Assembly: GCF_004010195.1 (NCBI RefSeq)
Contig: NC_057753.1
Coordinates: 6,898,647-6,918,646, forward strand
Direction of reading: 5' to 3'
DNA from: Chiloscyllium plagiosum
Lineage: Eukaryota
DNA length: 20,000 nt
Shown: positions 8,985-19,624 of the stretch, in pieces
Position numbering within the stretch: the first letter of the stretch is position 1
How the letters are laid out: each line of letters opens with the position of its first letter
Position numbers and translations under genes: made by a program
Notes under the pieces: generated by a model
What the model saw: only the letters and a program-made list of their open reading frames with translations
The model's database searches: none
Told to the model about the DNA's origin: nothing

Positions 8985-9124
8985 GCATAGAAACAGACTA
9001 GCGGTGCAATTTGTCCATGCCGACTAGATATTTTACAATAATCTCTTTCCGTTTGCCAGCATTTGGCCCAAATTCCAATAAACCTTTCCTATTCGTGTAT
9101 CCATCCAGATGTCTGTTAAATGTT
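8985..9124 (-). mobile_element. CR1 3' end, left part; continues at 10617-10700 after a PLE insertion
   Basis: Reverse complement of the CR1 3' UTR seen at 860-1020; the sequence resumes at 10617 with duplicated ttaaatgtt. Confidence 0.75.
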
Positions 9125-10616
9125 AAAAACCACACAACACTCGGTTATAGTCCGACAGATTTATTTGGAAAAGCAAGCTTCTGGAGTGCTGCTCTTTATC
9201 AGTTAGCTGGCAGAGTAGGATCATAGGACAGAGAATTTATAGTAAAAGATCGTAGCGTCATACAACTGGTGCGTTCTATTGAACAAACCTAGATTGCTCG
9301 TAAGTCTTTTATCTTTCAGGGTGGGTTGCAGGTTTTGATTGATTAATATGTAAATCCTAGAAATTCTTTAAGTCATTTTCTCAAGATAACTTAAGCTTTT
9401 ATATAAAAAAGTGACATCTCAGCTCAGGCAATTCATTAAAGGTGTAGGTTAGTATCTGAATTTATTCCAGTCTAGAGTCAGACTGGTTCTATTCCAAGAA
9501 TAGGAATTTACAAAATGTCACATGGATTATAAAAAAAACATGACTGCCTACAGATTGTGTGCTTTTTGAACAAAATAGAATGTATCTGCAAATACAATTC
9601 TGCACATGCAAATTCACCCCGAGATATGCGTGTGCATGTGAGGGAAAGAGAGAGAGTGTGTGTGACTCTGTGTGTGCGTATGAGAGTGTGTGTATGTGTT
9701 TGCTTGATAGTGTGCGTGCATGTGAATGTGATGGAGTGCATGCCTGTGAGTGGGTGTGTGCGCATGGGTATGAGTGTGGGGTTTGTGTGATTATGCCTGA
9801 AAGAGAGTGTGTCTATTAAAGAGGGTCTGCTTGAGTGTGTAGGTATGTAAGAATATGTGTGTATGTGTGCTTGTGTCTGAGTGTGTGTGAGAGAGTGTAT
9901 AGTTTAGCGGGGTTACCTGTCGTGTGACATGAACCAGAGGTCCCAGTTCAGGCTATCTTTATGGGTACTGAACTTGGATATCAGCCTCTGCTCAACCACT
10001 CTACATTGTTGCCTATACAAAGTCCACCTTCGAGGACAGTCAACTGAAGATCCGAAGCTGAATATCCCTGACTGCTGAAGTGTTCCATGTCTGGGAGGGA
10101 ACGTCACTCTCTGGCATTTGTTGCACGTTTTCTATTTGTCCATTGTCATAGCGTCTGCTTAGTCTCGCCATTGTACTATGCCTCGGGGCATCCCTACCTC
10201 CAGTGAATCGGGCAGACCATGCTGGCCGAGCGACTTGAGCCATATGATGGGTAGTGCTCCATGTTTAATGGTGGTATCCATGTTGGTGCTCTGACATCTT
10301 GCAGTAGTTGCCATAACACGGTTATATGGTGTTGTGGTTGATGTCCTGAAGGCTGGGCAGTTTGCTGCAAATAATGGTCTGTTCACGGCTTGTATTTTGT
10401 TTAAAGGTGAGAACTGGAGGCATAAGGCAGGTCTTTGCTCTAAGTTCTGTGTTCTATGATCTTACTCCAATATCTATCTGACAAAGGAGCAGCGTTCTGA
10501 AAGTTTGAACTTTCAAATAAACCTGTGGGACTATAACCTGGTGTTGTGTGATTTTTTTTAACTTTGTCCACCCCAGCCTAACACTGGCACATCCACATCA
10601 TGGCTACCATCGACAC
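9123..10616 (-). mobile_element. Second 5'-truncated family A Penelope-like element with a short inverted pLTR at its 5' side
   Basis: Collinear with 3100-4290; degenerate GIY-YIG region at 9913-10440 (..HKDSLNWDLWFMSHDR*); inverted pLTR at 10443-10616; flanked by ttaaatgtt repeats. Confidence 0.88.
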
Positions 10617-10779
10617 TTAAATGTTGTAATTGTGCTAGCTGCCACTACCTCCACAAGCAGCCTAGTCCACACATGCATCACTCTCTGCATGAAAAAGGAG
10701 AATGGTGCATGTGTGGAGTGGACTGCTGGGGAAGTGTTGGAGGTTGGCTAAAACACAGAAAAAAAAGTAACACATAGAA

Positions 10780-10860
10780 TATGTACCTGTCAGGCAGGAA
10801 GGAAAGGGTCGTGCGAGGGAGCCGTGGTTTAATAAGGAATTGGAATCCCTTGTTAAGAGA
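10780..10860 (+). mobile_element. CR1 ORF2 internal fragment
   Basis: Reads YVPVRQEGKGRAREPWFNKELESLVKR, homologous to VVPVRRGGSDRVRGMWLAKEVESLVKRK in the minus-strand CR1 ORF at 18762-18962. Confidence 0.75.
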
Positions 10861-11199
10861 ATAAACAAAGTTTACAATCCTTCTCGTTCAGTGCTCAGCC
10901 ATGGCTGGATTAAGACTCCTTCACCTGACGCTGAGACCATCACCAGTATGAAACAGTTGGCCAGCCTCGTGTCCCTTCACTGCTACCAGAACAAGCCACA
11001 CTCTGTCGCTCTTGCCTCCACCCATACCACCACTAGATCAGACCTCATTGGACTGACTTCACTGATGCTGCTGCTAACAATGCTTCCAGGTCCCACACAA
11101 AGGTCCTTACTCCCCTCTGGAACTACTGATATGAATCTGTACTGAACACACCTCAATCTCACGACCATGTTCTTCAGAAGTAGTTAAATAAAGCATAAA

Positions 11200-12385
11200 A
11201 AATTTTAAGAAGTGAAAATAATGAGAAAACGAGAAGGAGCAACCGAGCTCCATGCCCAGGAGTCCAACTCTACTACTGTCATCCAGCTGAAGTATTTTGC
11301 CACATTTCTGTCTGGCAACATCGTGCTCCAGCTCTTTCCCGCTCGCCCCCACCCTACCAGGCAAAATGTCTCAAGACTTGTCTTGAGTGAGCTACTTTAT
11401 TGACATTGCCCTACTGTTCTAACTTGGATCATGGGGCTTCCCTTGCCAATAGCTCAACGGGCTAGACTGCATAAAGTTCTTCCCCATCTCCGGTCAGAAT
11501 ACCCATCTTTCTCCAATTACTCTCCAATTTCCCTTCATTCTATTAAAGCTGGTCTTGTTGACAGTGATTCTAGTTCCACTAAATTGCAGACAAATCAATC
11601 TCCCATGTTAATTGATATTGTTAACTGTTCATTCTCTCTTCTCATTTTATCCTTCATGCCTTTGAATTGATCAATCTTATTAAAAAGAAATTTGACTCTT
11701 CTGAGCAAGATAACCCTCCATCGCAGACTTACCTTCCAAGATGGCGACAGAGTAGGATGCTTCAGTCAGAGCTCATCTGCTCACCAGTTCCTTTTTTCTC
11801 CTCTTTATAGCTTTTGTTCTTCCGCCACCACCCCACACCCCAAACTTTGGACTGTCCTATCGTGCCTGGGAATGGAGCTGTAGGAGATGTTTGGGGCTCA
11901 AAGCTGGGTGGGAGCAGCACACGTAGGCCGACCCCCATGGAGCAGCGGCGGGCTGTGTGGGCTGAGACCTGGGCCAAGTCCCAGAGCAGCGGTAGAACGG
12001 ACCAGAGCCGGAGCAGCTTCACAGCAAGTCATGGATGGAGGCTGACCCATGAAGGAAGTGTTCTGAGGCCAGCAGGCATGGACACATGGTGGAAGGAGAG
12101 TAGAACTAAAGTACTTAATGGCCTTTTTATTATCATTCTAGATTTTACACTTTAACAACACTTGATATATCTGTGACTAGGTACTCTGTACTTAAGATGG
12201 TGCCAAGAGGTGACATTACAAACTTTTCACTGAACTCATTGGAGAGTACGTGACAATAAAGGTTATACTTTTTCTATTCTTTCCTCTCTAAAGTCCTCAA
12301 ATGTTGGTCTGATATTATTCATCTACATTCTGCCACCAGATGCTTCGGCAGTTATCAAGCAGTTTATCAGATGAGCTTACAAGGT
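11200..12385 (+). mobile_element. Old L2-clade LINE ORF2 fragment (11200-11737 and 12281-12385), split by an insertion
   Basis: FSNYSPISLH, TKLQT...PMLIDIVNCSFS, LLKRNL, and a degenerate NYRPISNLP|FLSKVL motif split across the 11738-12280 insertion. Confidence 0.65.
11738..12280 (+). mobile_element. ~540 bp non-autonomous retroposon of unassigned family
   Basis: Interrupts the L2 motif with a TTCC duplication (11734-11737 and 12281-12284); starts AAGATGGCG; ends gtacgtgacAATAAA plus a short ttcta-like tail. Confidence 0.65.
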
Positions 12386-12407
12386 GTTCGAAATTATCAA
12401 CAATTTT

Positions 12408-12858
12408 GACATTAGAGAGAGGTTGAATAGGATTGGGCTGTTTTCCCTGGAGCATCGGAGTCTGAGGGGTGACCTTATAGAGATTTATAACATCACGAGG
12501 GGCTTGGATAGGATAAATAGACAAAGTCTTTTCCCTGGAGTGGTGGAGTTCAGAACTAGAGGGCATTGGTTTAGGGTCAGAGGGGAAAGATATAAAAGAG
12601 ACCGAGGGGACAATGTTTTCACACAGAGAGTAGTATATGTATGGAATGAGCTGCCTGAGGAAATGGTGGAGCCTCGTACAATTTCAACATTTACAAGGCA
12701 TCTGGTTGGGTATATGAATAGGAAGGATTTGGAGAGATATGGGCCGGATGCTGGCAGGTGGGACTAGATTGGGTTGGGATATGTGGTCGGCATGGACAGG
12801 TTGGAGTGAAGGGTCTGTTTCCGTGCTGTACACCTCTATGACTCTGCGACTGTATGAC
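12408..12858 (+). mobile_element. CR1 LINE 3' end
   Basis: ERLNRIGLFSLEHRSLRGDLIEIY..RTRGH..VFTQRVVYVWNELP; ctctatgactctgcgactgtatgac tail. Confidence 0.92.
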
Positions 12859-12884
12859 AGGACAGACAAGGGCATTCTTTTCCA

Positions 12885-13111
12885 CCGGTCATCAAATATT
12901 GTGGTGCTGGAAAAGAACAGCCTCTCAGGAGGCATCCGAGGAGCAGGAGATTCGACATTTCGGGCATAAGCCCTTCATCAGGAATGAATGAGGAAGGGGG
13001 TATAACCAAAACTTCGCTTCTCCTCTTCCTTGGATGCTGCCTAACCAGCAGTAAGTTTCCAGCACCTCACTCTTCGACTCTGATATCCATCATGTGCAGT
13101 GCTCAATTTCT
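12885..13111. mobile_element. PLE family B inverted pLTR pair (short foldback)
   Basis: 12900-12962 is the approximate reverse complement of 13005-13067; contains a minus-strand hammerhead. Confidence 0.75.
12950..12985 (-). ncRNA. Minimal type-I hammerhead ribozyme
   Basis: Minus strand attc-CTGATGA-a-gggc-ttat-gccc-GAAA-TGTC-gaat: 4-bp stems I and II and intact core; the stem III palindrome ACGT is changed to ATGT. Confidence 0.78.
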
Positions 13112-13194
13112 CCCTGTTCCACCAGTTGGTGTGGACATTACTGGCCGGGTGGGGGGAGTGGTTACAATTTCAAGAGAGCTGGGAGTGAGATCAG

Positions 13195-13535
13195 GAGAAC
13201 TTCTTTGCTCAGACTTTAGGATTTGGATTGTGTTGTCTGGGAGAATGGATTCTATTCAAGATTTCAAAAGAGAGAAGATTACATATTTCAAAGCGATTAT
13301 TTGGACAGCTATGGAAAGAGGTCTGCCCAATGCATAATGGGCGAAATGGCCACCTTTTGGACGACAGCCTTTCTATCATATTAATTGGTAACTTAACAAG
13401 AGAAGCACATAGGGATAGCATGATGCCGTTTACCCTTTGAAGCTGTTCCACCATTCATTCAGATCATGACTGCTTTGTAAGTTATCTCCATCGACTCACT
13501 TTGCTTCACATGCTTTAATATTTTGACAGAAAAAT
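13195..13535. mobile_element. Two old, tail-to-tail CR1 3' remnants
   Basis: Plus: ttctttgctcagac..ggatttgga..atgggcgaaatggccacc (to ~13380). Minus: gctgttccaccattcattcagatcatgactg (~13410-13535). Confidence 0.45.
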
Positions 13536-13548
13536 CTACTCGCCCTCT

Positions 13549-14118
13549 TGTGGACTGGACTAGACTCCCTCAAAACATATCAAGAAGGCAACCCAGACCC
13601 TAAATTTCTACCTGTTGTAAGCAGGTGTTTAGTGGATATTTCAGGAGTGATGCAGTTGGCCCAACAAATCAATTTCAAGAAAAAAAAACAATTTATTTAT
13701 ACACAAACAAAAGTAAACCGAATTTAGAATAACATAACTATTTTAAAACCTAATCGACTCTAATCCTGTTCCAAATACTTTCAACATTCCCATAAAATAG
13801 CCCTTGGCAAAGAAAGGTAAATTGAAACATAGGTTCTTACTGGAGTGATGTCAGTGAGAGTGAGAGAGAGAGAGAATCAGCATGGAGCGTTACTTTGAAC
13901 AGCAGCCTCAAAAACTGATTGCATACTAATATCAAACCAAACCAAACTACAGAAGAGCTGAACTGGGAGAACTAATCACTCTCCTTTCATTGTACAAAAA
14001 ATACTTGCAATCTTCTTCATGCAGATGCAGCTAGACATATTGGAACCTTTGGTTTTATGATCCGTCTGAAAAAAAATGAAGAACAACATAACCGTGTTAA
14101 AGGAACAGCGTCGTCACA
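13549..14118 (-). mobile_element. 3' LTR of the Gypsy element
   Basis: On the minus strand the polypurine tract aagggggtgg (14119-14128) abuts TG at 14118; AATAAA at 13692-13697 (minus). The distal boundary is approximate. Confidence 0.7.
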
Positions 14119-17100
14119 CCACCCCCTTGAAAAATGAACTATCAATATACAAAGATGGCTTCATTTTAAAATTCTTCAATATTACATTGTTAGTGCACTA
14201 CAACACAAATACTCTACATAGACTATGAACATGCAATAATGCACTGCTGCATTCTGTTTTAGTCCATTTACGCCTGCCACCAAATTCCTCAGTTTTGCAT
14301 CCGAGTCTCGACAATGCACGGGCAATCACGTTTTCTCGTACTGCCACATGTACAATGTTCAAACTGTATGACTATAACAACAAGTTCCAACTAGGCAGTC
14401 CTAGTTCCAACTTTAGTACTTAAAGTTCTCCACAAACTTTAATGAGTTATGATCGTTTTACGTGGTTGCCTCAGATACATTACTGGAAACATAAACTTTG
14501 AAATGTTGTAACTCCAACACCAAGACTCCTTCCCAACTTTTGAATATGTTTGCTGATGAATGTTCAGCTTTCCTGGATATATATCCGATAGTTCTTACTA
14601 TCTTCTCATCGTCTTCCCACAAGAGCATAGCACTGACACCCACATCAGTCAAAATCGATAGACACCTTGAATGGCTTTTCACAATTTGAAGTAGCTAATA
14701 CAGAGACAATGACTAACAGAGTTTTCAGGCTGTCAAATATCTTCTAGCAGTGTGTTGTCCACGGAAACCTCTTGACTTAATTTAGTAGATCAGTGAGTGG
14801 AGCAGCCACACTGGAGGATAGCAAATGTTGTTGGCTTATTCAAGAAGGGGAATAGAGACAACACTGGATATTATAGATCAGTGAGCCTTACTTCGGTTGT
14901 GGGTAAAGTATTGCAAAGGACTATACGAGAGAGGATTTATAATCATCAAAATGGAATAAGTTTATTCAGGATAGTCAACACTGTTTTGTGAAGGATTGGT
15001 CGTGCCTCGTAAACGTTATTGACTTCATTGAGAAGGTAAACAAACAGGTGAATGAGCTTAAATCGGTTGATGTGGTGCATATAGATTTCAGTAAGGCATT
15101 TGATAAGGTTCTCCACGGTAGGCTATTGCACAAAATAAGGACAGATTGGATTGAGGGTGATTTAGCGGGTTGGATCAAAAAATGGCTCGCTGAAAGAAAA
15201 CAATGAATAGTGCTTCATGGGAAATATTCATCCTGGAATTCAGTTACTAGTGGGGTACTGCAAGGATCTCTTTTGGGTTCAGTGTTGTTTGCTATTTTTA
15301 TAGATGACCTGGATAAGAGTATAGAAGAATGGGTTAGTAAATTTGCGGATGATACTAAGATCAGTAGAGTTGTGGATAGTGATGAAGGGTGTTATAGGTT
15401 ACAGAGAGACATAGATAAGCTGCAGAGCTGGAATGAGAGATGTCGAATGGAATTTAATCCTTGAAATTTTGAGATAATTCACTTTGGAAAGAGTAACAGG
15501 ATTGCAGAGTACTGGGCTAATGTTAAGACTCTTGGTAGTGTCGATGAGCAGAAAGCTCTCGGTGGCCAGATACATAGATCCTTGAAAGTTGTCACCCAGG
15601 TTGATTGCGTTGTTAATAAGGTATATGGCATGTTAGCTGTTATTGGTAGAGGGGTTGAGTTTCGGAATCACGTGATCATGCTGCTGCTGTGCAAAACTCT
15701 GGTGCAGCCACACTTGGACTATTGCATACAGTTCCGATCACCACATTATAGGAAGGATGTGGAAGCTTTGGAAAGGGTTCAGAGGAAATTTTCTGGGATT
15801 TTCCCTGGTATGGAGGGAAGGTCTTACGAGGAAAGGCTGAGGGACTTGAGGTTGTTTTCGTTAGGTAAAAGAAGGTTGAGAGGTGACTTAATTGAGACAT
15901 ATAAGATAATCCAAAGGTTAGAAAGGTTGGGCAGTGAGAGTCATTTTTACTTGGATGGCAATGGCTAGCACAAGTAGGCATAGCTTTAACTTGGGTGATA
16001 GAAAGAGTACAGATGTCACAGGAAGTTTCTTTACTCAGAGAGTAGTAAGGGTGTGGAACATTCTGCCTGCAACAGCAGTACACTCGCCAACTTTCAGGGC
16101 ATTTAATTAGTCATTGGATAGGCATATGTACGAGAATGGAACAGTGTCAGTTAGATGGGCGTCAGACTGGTCCCACAGGTTAGCACAACACTGAAGGCCA
16201 AAGGGCCTATACTGCGTTGTAATGTCCTATGTTCTATTTCTATTGCTATACTTTGGTATGAAGTTTTGATAAAATCCACTTAATCCCAGGGATCATGATT
16301 ATACTGTTGTTGTCAATGGTATGTGAATCTCCTCATTTACCCTTGTTTTTGCATTCTGTGGAGCCATTTGTCCATGTTAAACAACATGGCCCAGGAAGGT
16401 GACTTCGGCTTTAGCAAATTCAATTTCAGCCAGTTTAATGATCAAACCTGCCTCCCGAAGTGAAGTGAACAATTCTGATAAATGCTGCAAATACTCCTTC
16501 GATGTGTGACTAAATGTCACCAAGTCACCAATAAAAAAAAGAGTATTCCTGAAATGACGTTATTGGTAAATCTTTAAAATGTGGCTGCTTGATTTTTCAT
16601 ACTAAATGGCACAACTTTAAACTTATATAGTTCATTCGGCGTTACAAAAGCCGAAATTGACTTTGCTCTTTCAGGCAAAAGCACCTGCCACTACCCTCTG
16701 GGCAAGTTCACCTTAGAAATAAAAGTTGTTTGCCTCATCTTTTCAATACAGTAGTGGAATCGGAATTGCATCAGTCTTCATAACTGCAGTGACTTTGCAA
16801 CAGTCCACGCAAAACCGTTGGGTACCATGTGGTTTTGGCAAAACTACAATGAGTGAGCTCCAGGCACTGTAACTCGCTTCAATTATGTCGTCTTGGAGCA
16901 TGCTTTCTATCTCCTTTTGAACCTGTGCCAACTATAGATGGTCATGCCTATAAGGGATTTGCTTAATCGTAACACCATTTCCTATATCTATGTCATGCAC
17001 AACCACGTTCGTATTCCCAACTTATTTCCACATATCTTCCCATGTGATATCAATAACTCTGTAAGTTAATTTCAAATTTTCGCTGGAAAATAACTCAATC

Positions 17101-18142
17101 GTTTATCCGATTTTTTTGACAATTTCCATATTGTCCAATTTAATTTGAGGAATGTTCAATACGGAATCCTCTGAACTTGGCTCTTCACGCTAGGTTGTAA
17201 TCAATTACAGTCTTTTTTTTTGTTTTCCTTGCCTGCAAAAATACCTGTTGAGCATATTTACATGACACAATCTGGCAGATTTCTTTCTGTCTGGAGTCCC
17301 TATCAAATAGTTCACGTCAGTCAATCTCGTTTTGACTTGACAAAGTCCACTAAACTTTGCTTGTAAAAGTTCACCTCTCAATGAAATTAATACTAACACC
17401 TTATCTCCGAGAGCAAAATTGCAAGTTTTTGATTCCTTGTCTGCTTTCTGTTTCCTTGTATACCGTGATGCTTTTAAATGCTTTCTGCCCAAATCTCCCG
17501 CTCCATTTAAACAGTTCCTTAAATTTCACACATAATTCAAAATGTGATCTGTGAGTTCCGACTTGCCATTTTCTTCTGAATCAATTTTAGCTGACCTCTC
17601 ACTTTATGCCCAAGAATTAATGCAAGTGGACGAAATTTGGTCGATTCATTTGGCACATCACCAATGGCAAAAAAAAAATATAAACTGAATTCCTTTTGCC
17701 CAATCATTTGGTTAATCTTGATATTAGCCCTGAGTATAGTATTTTATGTCTGATGCCACCTTTCCATTGTTACTTGTTCCAAATGGTATGCAGCAAATTT
17801 GAATTGGTTTCTTCCCAAACTGTCAATAACATCCTTGAATAATTTTGTTATAAAGTTTGACCCTTATTAGGATTGTATCGCTGTGGGTAATCCAAATTTA
17901 CTAAAAATTTTGAGTAACTCGTCTTCAATCCTTTTAGCTGTGATACTGTGTAATCGAATGGCCTCTGGCAATCTACTGGATACATTCACTATTGCTCAAA
18001 AAATACTCATTCCCACTTTTTTTTTAGGTAGGCGTCCTATGCAATAAATTAAGGCTCAAATGCAGGAATAGGTATTAAAGGTGCGGGTTTCATTACTGCC
18101 CTTGGTTTTCCAATTACCTGGCAGGTATGATATGTCTGGCAT
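14119..18142 (-). mobile_element. Degenerate Gmr1-type Gypsy LTR retrotransposon pol region, order integrase-RT-RNaseH, interrupted by CR1
   Basis: Minus strand: CHTCQVIGKP integrase start (~18140), core, GPY/F-like DKVLVL..KFSG..VNYLI..HVNML (17205-17492); RT KEIESMLQDDIIE..WSS..PKPHGTQRFCVD (16743-16931); RNaseH DVGVSAMLL..IGYISRK and HVA.RENVIARALSR (14300-14680). Confidence 0.88.
14810..16243 (+). mobile_element. 5'-truncated CR1 LINE with degenerate RT, inserted in the Gypsy pol
   Basis: YRSVSLTSVVGKVL, DFSKAFDKV, SGVLQGSLLG, KFADDTK and PHLDYCIQF motifs; gtcctatgttctatttctat tail; the Gypsy frame resumes on both sides. Confidence 0.93.
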
Positions 18143-18383
18143 GTAAGTTTTGAAAGGTTCAAATCAGTGACTCACCGCTCCTGACAGGCCGCTGGTCCAA
18201 CCTTCCGCCCTTTGACCTGCTGCTGCTGCTGCTGCAGAAAAACAGAAACTGAGGGCTCCAGCGCTCGAGGTAAATTTTTACAGGTTGAAATCAGTGACTC
18301 ACCACTCCTGACAGGACCCTGGTGCAAGCTCCCACCCTTTTAGCTGGTTCTAGTGCTGCTGCTGCTGTGAAACAGGAACAGAA
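18143..18383. repeat. Two-copy tandem repeat with 127-bp period
   Basis: aaatcagtgactcacc.ctcctgacagg occurs at 18161 and 18288; each unit has a (CTG)n run followed by aaacag.aac. Confidence 0.85.
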
Positions 18384-18384
18384 T

Positions 18385-19100
18385 ACTATGATAAATCCCA
18401 TCCAGCCTAGGGGACTTATCTATTTTCACATTTTCCAGAATATCTGACATGTCCTCGTTATGAACTTTAATCCCGTCCAGTCTAATAAGCTGCGTTCAGT
18501 ATTCTCCTCGATAACATTTTCTTTTTGCAGTGTGAATTGTGACGAAAAATATTAATTTAATGCCTCTCCTATCTCCTGTGAATTCACGTGCAAATTCCCA
18601 ATACTGTCCTTAATCGGCCCTCATCTCACTCCAGTCATTATTTTATTCCTGAGATACCTATATAAATCTTTAGGCTTTTCCGTGATCTGACCTGTCATAC
18701 ACTTCACATGTCCCCACCTGGCTCTTGTCAGCTCTCTCTTCAGGCCCTTCCCTGCCAACTTTTAACTTAGAAGTGCCCTAACTGAGCCTTCATAACTCTT
18801 GTTTACAGAACTCTCATTCTTCCTCTTGACAAGAGATTCAACTTCTTTAGCCAACCACATTCCCCTCACACGATCACTTCCTCCCCGCCTAACAGGTACA
18901 ACCTTATCAAGGAAATGCAGTGACTGTTCCTTGAACAAGCTCCAAATTTGAATTGTGCCCATCCCCTGCAGTTTCCTTCTTATTCATCTTAAGTCATGCT
19001 CAATCGCATCATAATTGCTTCATTATCCACAAATTGTTCACCTGCATCCAAATCTACTCCCTACCATGGTTCATTACCCAGTACCAAATCCAATCTGATT
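18385..19100 (-). mobile_element. CR1 ORF2 fragment (endonuclease C-terminus and linker) with internal deletion
   Basis: LDLVLGNEP, WLAKEVESLVKRK and DKSPRLDGIY motifs on the minus strand. Confidence 0.8.
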
Positions 19101-19104
19101 TTGT

Positions 19105-19622
19105 CTCTTTTTGGCCTATCTAATAACGACCTAAATGCACTTAAACTTGGCGAATCTACTACCGTTGCAGGCAAAGCATTCCATACCCTTACTACTCTCT
19201 GAGTAAAGAAACTACCTCTGACATCCGTCTTATACCTATCTCCCCTCACTTTAAAATTGTGTCCCCTCGTGTTTGCCATTCCCATACTTGGAAAAAGGCT
19301 CCCTGTCCACCATGTCTAATCATCTGATTATCTTGTATGCCTCAATTAAGTCACCTCTCAACCTTCTTCTCTCAAAGGAGAACAGCCTCAAGGCCCTCAG
19401 CCTTTCCTCATAAGACAATCCTTCCATACCAGGCAACATCCTAGTAAATCTCCTCTTTCCAAAGCTTCCACATCCTTCTTTTAATGCGGTGACCAGAATT
19501 GTACACAGTACTCCAAGTGTGGCCGTACCAGAGCTTTGTACAGCTGCAGCATAACCTCCTGGTTCCAGACCTCAATCCCTCTATTAATAAAGGCCAAAAC
19601 ACTGTATACCTTCTTAACAATC
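19105..19622 (-). mobile_element. CR1 3' coding end
   Basis: LYKALVRPHLEYCVQFWSPH and NTRGHNFKVRG..FFTQRVVRVWNALP motifs. Confidence 0.92.
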
Positions 19623-19624
19623 CT

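Noticed and set aside
10870..11150. Possible old LINE C-terminal remnant (SRSHTKVLTPLWN) or 101-aa ORF
   Set aside because: The similarity is too weak to assign without a profile search.
11762..12155. Overlapping 86-aa and 113-aa ORFs, one with a signal-peptide-like start
   Set aside because: Both lie within the GC-rich body of a short repeat, use non-ATG starts and show no recognisable domain.
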